A DNA stretch of 64,000 nt from Candidatus Uhrbacteria bacterium (GTDB lineage Bacteria > Patescibacteriota > Patescibacteriia > UBA9934): assembly GCA_018673485.1 (NCBI GenBank), contig JABHCP010000002.1:1502-65501 (forward strand), in the 5' to 3' direction. Under the pieces are notes generated by a model. It saw only the letters and a list, made by a program, of their open reading frames with translations, was not told where the DNA came from and did no database searches. A program made the position numbers and the translations under genes. Below, piece after piece: positions 46,248 to 55,917 of the stretch (its first letter is position 1; each line of letters starts with the position of its first letter).

Positions 46248-49220
46248 TTGCCACATGTCAAAATACATGGTATTGTCGCGAGCGCTTACACTCATTGTCG
46301 ATTTGGTGGGGAGAAGTCGACATTCATAACCAATTTGCGTGTGAAAAACGAAGATAAATTGACTATTCGCGGTGCGCGAGTGCACAACCTTAAGAATATC
46401 GATTGTGATATTCCTAAAAATCAGTTGGTCGTAATTACCGGACTCTCAGGTTCAGGAAAATCATCATTGGCATTTGATACCATCTATGCCGAGGGACAGC
46501 GAAGATATATGGAGTCGCTCTCAAGCTATGCCAAGCAATTTTTAGAACTGCAAGACAAGCCAGACGTTGATGAGATTACGGGTCTTTCCCCAACGATTGC
46601 TATTGATCAGAAATCATCTTCACATAATCCGCGCTCAACAGTTGGAACAGTCACGGAGATTTATGACTATCTGCGTGTTTTATTTTCTCGTGTTGCAAAA
46701 CCACATCACCCTGACACTGGAAAGTTGATCGAGCAAAAGACATTGGAGGACATCGCAGCTCAAGTAATGAAGGCTGTTAAGGGAGGGGAAGTGATGTTGT
46801 TTGTTCCTATGGTTGAGAATCAGAAGGGAGAGCATAGTCAGGTTTTAATCGCTGCCAAGAATGCTGGCTTTGAAGAGGTTCGTTATGACGGACTAATGAT
46901 TGATTTGGATGAAGCGATTGGAATGCGTAAACAAAAAACAAAAGCACACACAATTGAGATTTTAGCGCACAGATTTGAAGATAATGAAGACGTTCCTATC
47001 GAGCGAATGCGCGTTATTTTAGAAAAGGCATTAGACCTTGGAAATGATCGTTTGATGATGTACCGCGATGACACTGGAGACGAAGAAGAGTTGGTACGAG
47101 GATATCATCTGCCAGGTGGAATGCAGATTCCTCAACTTGAACCGCGACTATTTTCATTTAACTCACCAGCTGGAGCTTGTCCTGAGTGTACTGGTCTGGG
47201 AGTGAAGTTGGTTTTGGAGCCTGATCTAGTGGTCCCAAATAAGCGTTTAACTTTAGCGCAAGGCGCAGTGAAGCCTTGGAGTAGAATTGCAGGAAACCAA
47301 AGCGGGTACATGGAAGTACTTAAGACCGTAGCAAAACGACAAAAGTTTAACATGCACGACCCGCTGGAAAAGCTTGCTAAGAAAAAGCTGGACATCGTGC
47401 TCTTTGGAACAGGAGACGATGAGTACGAAGTAGGAGGAAGCACTATCACGTTCCCTGGTGTTTTGGGGATGTTGGAGGCTAAGTATCGCGAAACTTCTAG
47501 CGAGTATGTTCGTAAGGAACTCGAGACCTACATGCGTTCAATGGTTTGCCCGGACTGTAAGGGGCAGAGACTTCGTAAAGAGGTTCTATTGTTTACTATT
47601 AATGGACAATCAATTGCAGATGTTGTTTCGCGACCTATCGAGGACGTGCCAGGGTTCTTTGACGACGTTTTAAGCGAAGCAGCAAAGTTGAATGGAGATG
47701 ACGGCATGTCTGGCGCGTACACCTTAGTGGTTGAGCGAGTCGCAAAAGAAGTTAGAGAGCGTGTGCAACACTTAATTGATGTTGGGCTTGGTTATCTAAC
47801 ACTCGATAGAAGTGCGATGACACTCTCTGGTGGTGAGTCGCAACGAGTTCGTTTGGCAACTCAGTTAGGGGCTGCACTTTCTGGAGTCATTTATGTGTTG
47901 GACGAGCCTTCAATCGGATTGCATCCGCGTGATAATGAACATCTCATTGAAACAATTAAACATTTGCGTGATCTTGGAAACACAGTGATCGTAGTTGAGC
48001 ATGACGAGGATATGATCAAGGCGGCTGACTATGTGTTTGATGTGGGGCCTGGTGCTGGAGCGTACGGCGGACAGATTGTGGCAGAGGGAACACCGGCGCA
48101 GATCATGAAAAATAAGGACTCGCTTACCGGAGACTACATGATGGGTCGAAAGACTCTAAAGGCTCCTAAGCAATACAGAAAGGGAAATAATAAAAATATT
48201 TCAATCGTTGGTGCCAACCAGCACAACTTGATAAATGTAAACGCAAGCATTCCGCTTGGAAGATTGGTGTGTGTTACAGGAGTTTCGGGGTCAGGAAAGT
48301 CAACATTGATTTTAGACATTCTGGGTAAGACTTTGTCTAAGCATTTTTATCGTGCTAAGGCTTATCCGGGTCAGCACAAGGAGATTAAGGGAATTAAAAA
48401 TATCGATAAGGTCGTAACAGTTGACCAGTCTCCGATTGGTCGAACTCCGCGATCAAACCCAGCAACATACACTGGAGTGTTTACTGCTATCCGTGACTTG
48501 TTCACTGATGTCTCTGAGGCAAAGTTACGTGGATATGATGCTGGAAAGTTTAGTTTTAACGTTAAGGGCGGTGGACGATGTGAGCCATGCGCAGGGGACG
48601 GACAGATTCGTATCGAGATGCAGTTCATGCCTGACGTGTATGCGCCGTGCCCAGAGTGTAAGGGGCAACGCTATATTCAGGAGGTGCTTGATATTCACTA
48701 TCGCCAGAAGAACATTGCAGACGTTTTGGATATGACTGTGGATGAAGCACGACGATTCTTTGCAGACCGCTCAAACATTTACGAAAAGTTGAATGTACTT
48801 CACGAAGTTGGGCTTGGATATTTAAAGCTCGGTCAGCCAGCTACAACACTTTCAGGTGGTGAGGCCCAGCGCGTTAAACTCTCAACAGAATTGTCACGAC
48901 GAGCAACTGGTAAAACACTTTACATTCTTGACGAGCCAACAACGGGGCTCCACTTTGACGACATTGAACGCTTGCTCGGAGTGTTGCATGCACTCGTTGA
49001 CAAGGGAAACACAGTTCTCGTAATTGAACACAACACTGATGTGATGAAGTCATCAGACTGGATTGTAGACATGGGACCTGATGGTGGAATAAAAGGTGGA
49101 AAAATTGTGGGAGAAGGAACACCAAAGGAAGTCGCCAAACTCAAGACTCATACCGGAAAGTATCTTAAAGAGGCATTTAAGAAAAAAGGTGTGGTAAGTA
49201 CGAAAAAGAAGAAGAAATAA
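46248..49220 (+). CDS. uvrA: excinuclease ABC subunit A
   Basis: Two ABC ATPase modules (GLSGSGKSS, GVSGSGKST), zinc-finger cysteines, LSGGE signatures; exact start uncertain (possible TTG/GTG near 46330). Confidence 0.9.
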   Translation: MPHVKIHGIVASAYTHCRFGGEKSTFITNLRVKNEDKLTIRGARVHNLKNIDCDIPKNQLVVITGLSGSGKSSLAFDTIYAEGQRRYMESLSSYAKQFLELQDKPDVDEITGLSPTIAIDQKSSSHNPRSTVGTVTEIYDYLRVLFSRVAKPHHPDTGKLIEQKTLEDIAAQVMKAVKGGEVMLFVPMVENQKGEHSQVLIAAKNAGFEEVRYDGLMIDLDEAIGMRKQKTKAHTIEILAHRFEDNEDVPIERMRVILEKALDLGNDRLMMYRDDTGDEEELVRGYHLPGGMQIPQLEPRLFSFNSPAGACPECTGLGVKLVLEPDLVVPNKRLTLAQGAVKPWSRIAGNQSGYMEVLKTVAKRQKFNMHDPLEKLAKKKLDIVLFGTGDDEYEVGGSTITFPGVLGMLEAKYRETSSEYVRKELETYMRSMVCPDCKGQRLRKEVLLFTINGQSIADVVSRPIEDVPGFFDDVLSEAAKLNGDDGMSGAYTLVVERVAKEVRERVQHLIDVGLGYLTLDRSAMTLSGGESQRVRLATQLGAALSGVIYVLDEPSIGLHPRDNEHLIETIKHLRDLGNTVIVVEHDEDMIKAADYVFDVGPGAGAYGGQIVAEGTPAQIMKNKDSLTGDYMMGRKTLKAPKQYRKGNNKNISIVGANQHNLINVNASIPLGRLVCVTGVSGSGKSTLILDILGKTLSKHFYRAKAYPGQHKEIKGIKNIDKVVTVDQSPIGRTPRSNPATYTGVFTAIRDLFTDVSEAKLRGYDAGKFSFNVKGGGRCEPCAGDGQIRIEMQFMPDVYAPCPECKGQRYIQEVLDIHYRQKNIADVLDMTVDEARRFFADRSNIYEKLNVLHEVGLGYLKLGQPATTLSGGEAQRVKLSTELSRRATGKTLYILDEPTTGLHFDDIERLLGVLHALVDKGNTVLVIEHNTDVMKSSDWIVDMGPDGGIKGGKIVGEGTPKEVAKLKTHTGKYLKEAFKKKGVVSTKKKKK

Positions 49221-49255
49221 AACATTCAAAAGGATCTACCACAGGTAGGTCCTTT

Positions 49256-50074
49256 TTGGTAAACTGTTTTCATATGAATGAATTTGAACAAGGACGACCG
49301 CCTCAAGACTTAATTGAGGTACAACCTGAGAATGAGAGCGTTAGAGAAAGACGTGATCTAATTTTTCAAATGTACGCCGATAAGTATACAAGGAAGCAGA
49401 CAGCAGACTTATTGCATATTGAGGTAGACGGAGAGCGTATTGATCAGAAGTTAAGTGCTAGTTCTGGAACGATCGTTGAGCGCGAGGTGGAAGATGGAAA
49501 GATAGGAATAGTAGAAACAGATACTGGAGCTATTTTAGATAGTGCTGGCGAGCTTCTTACAAATCGTGTTTCTGGATGTATGGTTGCTTTTGGAAAAGGG
49601 AAGTCACATGACGGAGAAGATAGAGTTGTTATGATTCATCTAACCCCAAATAGCAGATTGGGATGGGGTAATTATAGGCAGCAGGGATATGATGAGAGAT
49701 GGGGTGAGGATACGCGAGAAACAGCTGCAGAAAAAATTCATAATGCACTGCAAGAAGCTTCAGTTGATTTAAAGGGTATGGAAATTACTCTATTGCGAAC
49801 AACCGGCGCCAAAACAGCACATTACTATTACGGATTTAGCGAAGATAATATCGCAAAAAGAGTTACCGAATTCAAACAAGCCCTTGAACAGAAGGGTGTA
49901 AATGTTTTTGCGGATCACAGCATACCGATGGCTGAGATGTCTGTTTATTGGAACCCCGATGCACCTGAAGATTTGTACATTGTGGGCGAGCGCAAGATTC
50001 CAGATGGAGATGGCGTCAGAATGGCTGAGGGTGAAGAGAGGGGTATTGCTGAGCAGGTTATAAAATTAAATTAA
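49256..50074 (+). CDS. hypothetical protein
   Basis: 272 aa ORF with typical composition; no family recognised. Confidence 0.5.
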   Translation: MVNCFHMNEFEQGRPPQDLIEVQPENESVRERRDLIFQMYADKYTRKQTADLLHIEVDGERIDQKLSASSGTIVEREVEDGKIGIVETDTGAILDSAGELLTNRVSGCMVAFGKGKSHDGEDRVVMIHLTPNSRLGWGNYRQQGYDERWGEDTRETAAEKIHNALQEASVDLKGMEITLLRTTGAKTAHYYYGFSEDNIAKRVTEFKQALEQKGVNVFADHSIPMAEMSVYWNPDAPEDLYIVGERKIPDGDGVRMAEGEERGIAEQVIKLN

Positions 50075-50077
50075 TAT

Positions 50078-50644
50078 ATGAAAAAAGTATATTTATTGCA
50101 TGGTTGGGATGGGATTCCGATGGCTGGTATTAGGCCTTGGCTTAAGCAGCAGCTCGAAGCACAGGGGTGTCATGTGTTTATTCCAGAGCTTCCCGATTCG
50201 GGTGAGCCTAGGCCAGAAAAGTGGATGTCAGTTATTAAAGATTTAATTAGTGAGCCGGATGAGGATGTGGTTCTTGTCGGGCATAGTATGGGTGGGCAAG
50301 CAGCGCTTCGATATGTCGAGGGTCTTGGTGAAGGTCAGAAGATTGGCAAGCTTGCATTGATTGCACCAGTTATCGATAAGATCACTGGGCTTGAAGAGCC
50401 TGATGAGATCGAGATTGCTGATTCGTGGTTACAGAAACCGATGAATTGGCGAAAGATTAAAGATTCTGCGAATGAGATCGTGGGAATATTTTCTGACAAT
50501 GATCCATGGATTCCATTAAGTAGTTCAGACTTACTTAAAGAAAAGGTCGGCGCTGATATTATTATCGAGCATGAAAAGGAACATTGGGGTGACGATGAAG
50601 ATATAAAAGAATCGCAAGCTATCCTTGATGCGATTATTAAATAG
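50078..50644 (+). CDS. alpha/beta hydrolase, RBBP9/YdeN-like serine hydrolase
   Basis: GHSMGG nucleophile elbow; about 190 aa. Confidence 0.6.
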   Translation: MKKVYLLHGWDGIPMAGIRPWLKQQLEAQGCHVFIPELPDSGEPRPEKWMSVIKDLISEPDEDVVLVGHSMGGQAALRYVEGLGEGQKIGKLALIAPVIDKITGLEEPDEIEIADSWLQKPMNWRKIKDSANEIVGIFSDNDPWIPLSSSDLLKEKVGADIIIEHEKEHWGDDEDIKESQAILDAIIK

Positions 50645-50654
50645 TTAAAAACAA

Positions 50655-50758
50655 AAGAACCGCCACCACCTGTCACCATCCCGACGTAAGGAGGGATCTT
50701 CTTGAGAAGATTTCTCGCTACGCTCGAAATGGTTAGGGTGGGTAAGGGCGGTTCTTTT
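50655..50758. repeat. MITE-like repeat (family B/D hybrid, copy 4) bounded by 12 bp inverted repeat aaaagaaccgcc / ggcggttctttt
   Basis: Contains catcccgacgtaaggagggatc (D module) fused to cttcttgagaagatttctcgctacgctcgaaatgg (B module). Confidence 0.6.
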
Positions 50759-50762
50759 AAAA

Positions 50763-51311
50763 TTACTTTTGATCAGTTTTGATCTCCTTAAGCTTTCGCT
50801 TGAAGCGACCTCGTAGGTAGCTAAGCTTTGCTCGTCGTATTCGGTACTGTTTCTTTACTTCAATCTTCACAATGTTTGGAGATGAAAGTGGGAAAATCTT
50901 TTCTACCATGAATCCCTTTGAGTCCTTACGAACAGTCATTGTTCGCGCAACTCCTTTACTTTTCATTCCCATCACTATTCCTTCAAATGCCTGTACTCGT
51001 TCGCGCTTTTCTCCTTTTGGAGAAACGTCAACGATTCGCTCGTGAACTCGGATTAGCATTCCAGGTTTAATGTCGCGGTTTGGAAGCTCTACCATTTTTA
51101 CCTCTTCCTCAGCTGAGGCTTGAAGTTCTTCTTGAAGGACATCGGTCTCAGGCTTTTTCTCATCTGCCTTAGGTGCTTCTGCTGGAGCCTCGGTCGATTC
51201 AGGTGTTTCGGTAACTTCTTTAGATCCCTCGGCTTCGCTCGGGATGACGGCTTCTGGAATACTGTTATCCGCGACCGTCACCTTTTCAGTTGTCTTTTTA
51301 TCATCACTCAT
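50763..51311 (-). CDS. rplS: 50S ribosomal protein L19 with about 70 aa acidic/Pro-rich N-terminal extension
   Basis: C-terminal 110 aa match bL19 (PGMLIRVHERI ... QAFEGIVMG ... RRAKLSYLR). Confidence 0.85.
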   Translation of the reverse strand: MSDDKKTTEKVTVADNSIPEAVIPSEAEGSKEVTETPESTEAPAEAPKADEKKPETDVLQEELQASAEEEVKMVELPNRDIKPGMLIRVHERIVDVSPKGEKRERVQAFEGIVMGMKSKGVARTMTVRKDSKGFMVEKIFPLSSPNIVKIEVKKQYRIRRAKLSYLRGRFKRKLKEIKTDQK

Positions 51312-51449
51312 ATTTTGAGTTTAATTTACTTCATCACGTCAGAGGAAGAGCGGTCCCTTCATTCACAGATGTATTAACAGGTGGAAGTGTAGTGAAATTA
51401 GCGATATTTGTCAATACAAAAACTCCGAATTTCTCGGAGTTTTCTATTT

Positions 51450-52037
51450 TTAAACGTTTTTTGCTATTTTAATGACTGTTTTTTGATATACCTCATCTAA
51501 ATCAAGGTTGGACGTGTCGACTACTATGTCGAAATTTGCATGATCGTAGGCATCGATTCCGTAGTAGTTTTGGTAGCGTTTAATCTCTGATGCTTTACGT
51601 TCTTCGTTGGCGACGCGCAGTGCTTCTTTGGTTCCGTATTGATCGCGCTTGTCACTTCGGTCTGTCCAGATGCGATCGGTTGCAACATTTGGGTCAACAG
51701 AGAGGAAGATTTTAACTGTTGGGTTTTCAACAAAGTGCCATGCGGTGCGTCCTTCAAAGACACCTTTTTTAACTTGGGTTGATCGTTCGCGTAGCATTTC
51801 ATCAAAGTATCGATCAAGTGTATCGTCAGTTTCTTGAAGCTTGTTCAATTCATCAAGTGTGATTTTTCTCTTAGCCGCCTCCTCACGTATGAATTGACCA
51901 ATGTAGATTCGAGGAATCTCAAGCTCTTGAGCTAACCGTTTGGCAAATGTAGATTTACCAGCACCAATGTCACCGCTTACTGTAATTATCAGTCGGTCAG
52001 CGCGTTTAAGTTTTTCAATAGCTTCGTCGTAGGTCAT
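51450..52037 (-). CDS. cytidylate kinase-like P-loop kinase
   Basis: P-loop SGDIGAGKSTFAKRLA; size and LID-like region fit (d)CMP kinase. Confidence 0.6.
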   Translation of the reverse strand: MTYDEAIEKLKRADRLIITVSGDIGAGKSTFAKRLAQELEIPRIYIGQFIREEAAKRKITLDELNKLQETDDTLDRYFDEMLRERSTQVKKGVFEGRTAWHFVENPTVKIFLSVDPNVATDRIWTDRSDKRDQYGTKEALRVANEERKASEIKRYQNYYGIDAYDHANFDIVVDTSNLDLDEVYQKTVIKIAKNV

Positions 52038-52119
52038 AGGGAGGAGGGTTTAAATGTTTAAGTTGTTTAAGGTGTTTATTTCGGAATAGACAATTTAAAC
52101 ATTTTCAACATTTTAAACA

Positions 52120-53067
52120 TTATAGTTTTGGTATCGACTTCAGTACTTCTTTAAGTTTTTTTGGAATTGGTGCGGTGAATGTTTTTGTCTCACCTGAAGG
52201 AAGAGTAATTGTTAGCTCTCGTGAGTGCAGGAATATCCGATCGATGTTCATCAGTTTTTGATCACGTTGTTTGTACAGAGGGTCACCAACAATCGGATGC
52301 TTGATAGCAAACATGTGCGCGCGGATTTGGTTGGTTCGCCCGGTTTCGATTTTTACGTTAAGTAGTGCGTGATGCGGGAATTGATCAACCACTTCGTAGT
52401 GCGTTATTGCAGATTTACCACCTTGCGATTCTGGTCGCGCTGCCATCTTACCGGTGGACTTAGAACGTCCGATAGTTAGTGTGATAGTGTCATACGGTTT
52501 TGGCATTGTGCCGTGAACCAACGCCGTGTATTCCTTTGTTGTTTTTCTTTCTTTGAATTGTGCTTTTAAGTGCTCAAAAGCTTTTTGTGTTTTTGCAGTG
52601 ATCAAAACACCGGACGTGAACTTGTCGAGTCTGTGCACGATCCCGGCTCGTTTTTCGTCATCACCAACTTTCTTCACCTTACGGTTTCGAGCAACTAACG
52701 CATCGCGCAAAGTTGTGTCTGTGCTGATCTCTGTTGGATGTACTAGCAGGCCAGCAGGTTTGTTTACAACTAAAACATCCTTATCTTCATATATAATATC
52801 GAGCTCGACAGTTTTCTGCTTTTTGAAGAGCTTTATCTTAGGTTTCTCGATGTGATATTCAATTTTATTCTCACGACTAACCTGTGTTTTTTTGTTGGCA
52901 GTTTTACCATCAACCAAAACTTCTCCTTTTTCTATCATCTTAGTGAGTTTCGATCGACTCAAATCAAGCATAGACGCCAAGACCTTATCCAAGCGCTCAG
53001 GTACTTCATTTGTAAGCTTTAATGTTTTCATAACGGCAGTATCGCACGATTGACGCGCATGGGTCAA
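52120..53067 (-). CDS. RluA-family pseudouridine synthase (RluD-like, S4 domain)
   Basis: HRLDKFTSGVLITAKT catalytic motif; probable true start MKTLKL at 53031. Confidence 0.85.
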   Translation of the reverse strand: MTHARQSCDTAVMKTLKLTNEVPERLDKVLASMLDLSRSKLTKMIEKGEVLVDGKTANKKTQVSRENKIEYHIEKPKIKLFKKQKTVELDIIYEDKDVLVVNKPAGLLVHPTEISTDTTLRDALVARNRKVKKVGDDEKRAGIVHRLDKFTSGVLITAKTQKAFEHLKAQFKERKTTKEYTALVHGTMPKPYDTITLTIGRSKSTGKMAARPESQGGKSAITHYEVVDQFPHHALLNVKIETGRTNQIRAHMFAIKHPIVGDPLYKQRDQKLMNIDRIFLHSRELTITLPSGETKTFTAPIPKKLKEVLKSIPKL

Positions 53068-53090
53068 TTTGATAGCATAATTTCGGAATA

Positions 53091-53167
53091 GGGGCGTATA
53101 GCTCAGCTGGTTAGAGTGTCACATTGACATTGTGAAGGTCAGAGGTTCGAGTCCTCTTACGCCCACC
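53091..53167 (+). tRNA. tRNA-Val (anticodon GAC)
   Basis: GGGCGTATAGCTCAGCTGGTTAGAGTGTCACATTGACATTGTGAAGGTCAGAGGTTCGAGTCCTCTTACGCCCACCA; followed by terminator hairpin 53169-53203. Confidence 0.9.
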
Positions 53168-53208
53168 AACAAAGCCGTAGGTTAATACCTACGGCTTTGT
53201 TATTGGTC

Positions 53209-54162
53209 TTACTTCCAAGAAATAGTTGAGAGTAATGCCTCTGCGGCTTCAAGGCCCGCTTGATCGTAAGGGAAGATGGTTACAATAATTTTACTATCGG
53301 TAAAATAGTATCCACGATCTAGTACCCCCTCATCAATACAGTATGTTGTTTCTGTGGAACATTCATCACCCTTAATAACTTCATATCCTTGGTATGTTGT
53401 ATATTCTGTAGTTACATAGTCGTCTGCGAAATTTGGTTCAGTTTCTCTGTATTTAAACCACATAAAGAAATCACCTTCTGACATATAATCAAGTGCAATA
53501 GAATAGTTTTGTACTCGTACAAGGCCCTCTTCACTTATATCTACATAAAAATCTTCTGGCACTTCAAGATTAAAGTCATTCGAGGTGATAAAAAGATTTG
53601 AGGTCATGCTATTACCAACAAGCGTAAATATATCCAGTTCTTCTGTTTCGGTATCTTGAGCATCCTCAGGATCTACGACGTTCATCGTGTACTCTTTAAT
53701 GCTTGTCCCCCCCTCATCACTTAAAATAACCTCATAGGTAATAGTTTCATCGTCGATCCAAGCTACTTCACCTAGTGTTCTGTGTTCCCAGGCGCCACCG
53801 ATCATAAAGAAGTTGTCTGTCAGGTGGTCAAGATCATGTAGGACATAAAAAGCTCGTGGCGCCACAAAGCTACCTGGCTCATAATCTTCTCCTGACTGGT
53901 CTTCTCCAAAGACAACAATCGTCTTTCCATCAGATGGGTTGTCTACAATGTCAGTAATCATCCATGGGTATTCCACAATCGTGCCCCCATAATTAACAAT
54001 ATAGGCCGTGTTAAGATCGTGCGCCGCAAGGATGTCTGTCAATGTTTCCTCTACCGATGTAGCTGTTGAAGTGACAGTTTCAGTATCTTGATGTTCAACT
54101 GTGCTTACGCAACCAGCACCTACTGTTATTAAAACAGCGAGTAAAAATAGAATTTTCTTCAT
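53209..54162 (-). CDS. hypothetical lipoprotein
   Basis: Signal peptide plus lipobox LITVGAGC; acidic mature protein. Confidence 0.55.
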   Translation of the reverse strand: MKKILFLLAVLITVGAGCVSTVEHQDTETVTSTATSVEETLTDILAAHDLNTAYIVNYGGTIVEYPWMITDIVDNPSDGKTIVVFGEDQSGEDYEPGSFVAPRAFYVLHDLDHLTDNFFMIGGAWEHRTLGEVAWIDDETITYEVILSDEGGTSIKEYTMNVVDPEDAQDTETEELDIFTLVGNSMTSNLFITSNDFNLEVPEDFYVDISEEGLVRVQNYSIALDYMSEGDFFMWFKYRETEPNFADDYVTTEYTTYQGYEVIKGDECSTETTYCIDEGVLDRGYYFTDSKIIVTIFPYDQAGLEAAEALLSTISWK

Positions 54163-54264
54163 AAATAAAGTTGTAAGATTTTATGACCTGAGATTAGCCT
54201 ATTTTTTATGCTTTGTCAAGCCATCGCTATAAACAAAAACCGCAGAGTTAATCTGCGATTTTTG

Positions 54265-54341
54265 TGGTGGGTCTGGCTGGACTCGAACCAGCGACCACGG
54301 AGGTATAAGCTCCGCGCTCTAACCAACTGAGCTACAGACCC
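54265..54341 (-). tRNA. tRNA-Ile (anticodon TAT)
   Basis: RC GGGTCTGTAGCTCAGTTGGTTAGAGCGCGGAGCTTATACCTCCGTGGTCGCTGGTTCGAGTCCAGCCAGACCCACCA; perfect cloverleaf; anticodon loop CTTATAC. Confidence 0.75.
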
Positions 54342-54468
54342 GTATCATTTTTGTCTGTAGCGAAGTTGGTCGGGAACCAACTGCCTGCCCGCCGAAGCTC
54401 GAAGAGCGAAGGCGGGAGCTACAGACCCATTTTATCAGCCAATAATTTACCGCGAAAATCAGCTCTTG

Positions 54469-54924
54469 TCAATGCACGTGGAACTCGTTTATTTTTCCGA
54501 TCGCTTCTGGTTTGCTTTCATCAAGCTTTTCGTCTACCCATGATTGATTACGGGCGCGCGATAGGAATAGGAGTATGGAGCCGAGTGCGAGCAAGCCTAC
54601 AAACCATATCACTCCCATCACAATAATCGAGAGCATTCCGCAGGCCATGACAGATGCGAGTTGCTCAAATATATCGTTAGCTTGTACTAGGCATGATTGT
54701 ATTTCATTGCGTCCGAATACGTATGCGGTGTGTGAGGCGCCGTAAGCGCATCCTATTGAAGCCAATGTGAATAGGCAGCTGAATTGCGCTTTGCGTAACT
54801 TTGCCACTTTGAAAAGTGCGGCAATGGAAAAAATGATACCACCAACAATCCAGTACAGAACAAACCATACGATGCCAACTGGAATTAGTAGCATCCATTC
54901 TTGCATATTAAAAAGTTTCAACAC
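54469..54924 (-). CDS. hypothetical polytopic membrane protein
   Basis: 151 aa, 4 predicted TM helices. Confidence 0.45.
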   Translation of the reverse strand: MLKLFNMQEWMLLIPVGIVWFVLYWIVGGIIFSIAALFKVAKLRKAQFSCLFTLASIGCAYGASHTAYVFGRNEIQSCLVQANDIFEQLASVMACGMLSIIVMGVIWFVGLLALGSILLFLSRARNQSWVDEKLDESKPEAIGKINEFHVH

Positions 54925-55159
54925 TATAGATCAAGAATAAAATCATGCCAGTACCAAAAGCAGCTATAAGCATAATCCAGGCAATAGTTTTTTGATTGCT
55001 GTCGTTGTGTCTATACCCTGAGATCAGGAAGTAGACAAATAGAAATAGTAGTAGTCCTGTTACAAAAAACATAAGATGCTTATCGAACTCTAGCACGTTT
55101 ATTATAAACGATCTATAAGTGGACGTCACGGAAAGCAAAAGGCCCTCCGGGGAGGGCAC
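54908..55159 (-). CDS. small membrane protein
   Basis: 83 aa, 2 TM helices, overlaps upstream gene by 17 nt. Confidence 0.35.
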   Translation of the reverse strand: MPSPEGLLLSVTSTYRSFIINVLEFDKHLMFFVTGLLLFLFVYFLISGYRHNDSNQKTIAWIMLIAAFGTGMILFLIYSVETF

Positions 55160-55177
55160 GATACGCGCAAGTAAGGA

Positions 55178-55768
55178 TTACCGGCGTCGTAGAGCAAGTA
55201 GGAGCACGATAAAGTCGAGTGCTGTGACGTTGATTGGGGCAACGATGTCGGTCCAGTGACCTTCCCACCGAATCCATACAACAATGATCTGCAACCCGAA
55301 TGCCATGCTCCAGATCAGCCAGGGGAGGCAGTGCTCTCTATCAGGTCTTTCCCACGTATATTTGAAGATCGGGAGGAACGACAGCAGGGTCGCGAACTGA
55401 AGGAGTATATTCGTGTAGGTTGCGTCATGCAACGCTAGCCCGGCTGTGATCGAGATCAGGCCAATCGCGATAATTCCTTGTTCAATCGGTGTGGGTTTGT
55501 TGAACTTTCCTCGCACTAGGAAAAATAGGAACGTGGCATTGCATCCGACTATTCCCACCAGTAGTGGCGCCGCTTTGAGGACATCGTCGTTCATCAGGAA
55601 GTAGGATATTCCTGATGCTGTTGCGATGCCGGCCCACATCGCCCACATGGTCGCATTTGGCTTTTTCTTCTTTTTGAGCACCAGATAATTGTATACGCCG
55701 ATACCAGTCAAGTTGAATGCCGCCGAGATGACAGCAAGGATGAAGTCAGGTGTAAGATATTCTTCCAA
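55178..55768 (-). CDS. hypothetical polytopic membrane protein
   Basis: 196 aa, about 6 TM helices; terminator hairpin gccctcc-gg-ggagggc at 55143-55162. Confidence 0.5.
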   Translation of the reverse strand: MEEYLTPDFILAVISAAFNLTGIGVYNYLVLKKKKKPNATMWAMWAGIATASGISYFLMNDDVLKAAPLLVGIVGCNATFLFFLVRGKFNKPTPIEQGIIAIGLISITAGLALHDATYTNILLQFATLLSFLPIFKYTWERPDREHCLPWLIWSMAFGLQIIVVWIRWEGHWTDIVAPINVTALDFIVLLLALRRR

Positions 55769-55850
55769 GGCGTCTCCCGTTGCATGGTATTAAAAGGGGC
55801 TCGTGGTGCTAGTTTTAACCATTTGTCATCATGCTGTCAATCAGATAATC

Positions 55851-55884
55851 AAAAAACCGCCTTTCGTGCGATTGGCGGTTTTAG
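55851..55884. terminator. conserved terminator hairpin aaaaaaccgcc-N11-ggcggtttt (copy 1 of 3)
   Basis: Nearly identical copies at 56925-56959 and 57670-57702. Confidence 0.65.
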
Positions 55885-55917
55885 GTTGTTTCATGTTTTG
55901 TAGTAGAATGTAGCAGT

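Noticed and set aside
54351-54626. 91 aa plus-strand ORF next to tRNA-Ile
   Set aside because: It overlaps the duplicated tRNA fragment and hairpins. Its low-complexity R/S/L-rich translation makes it likely spurious.
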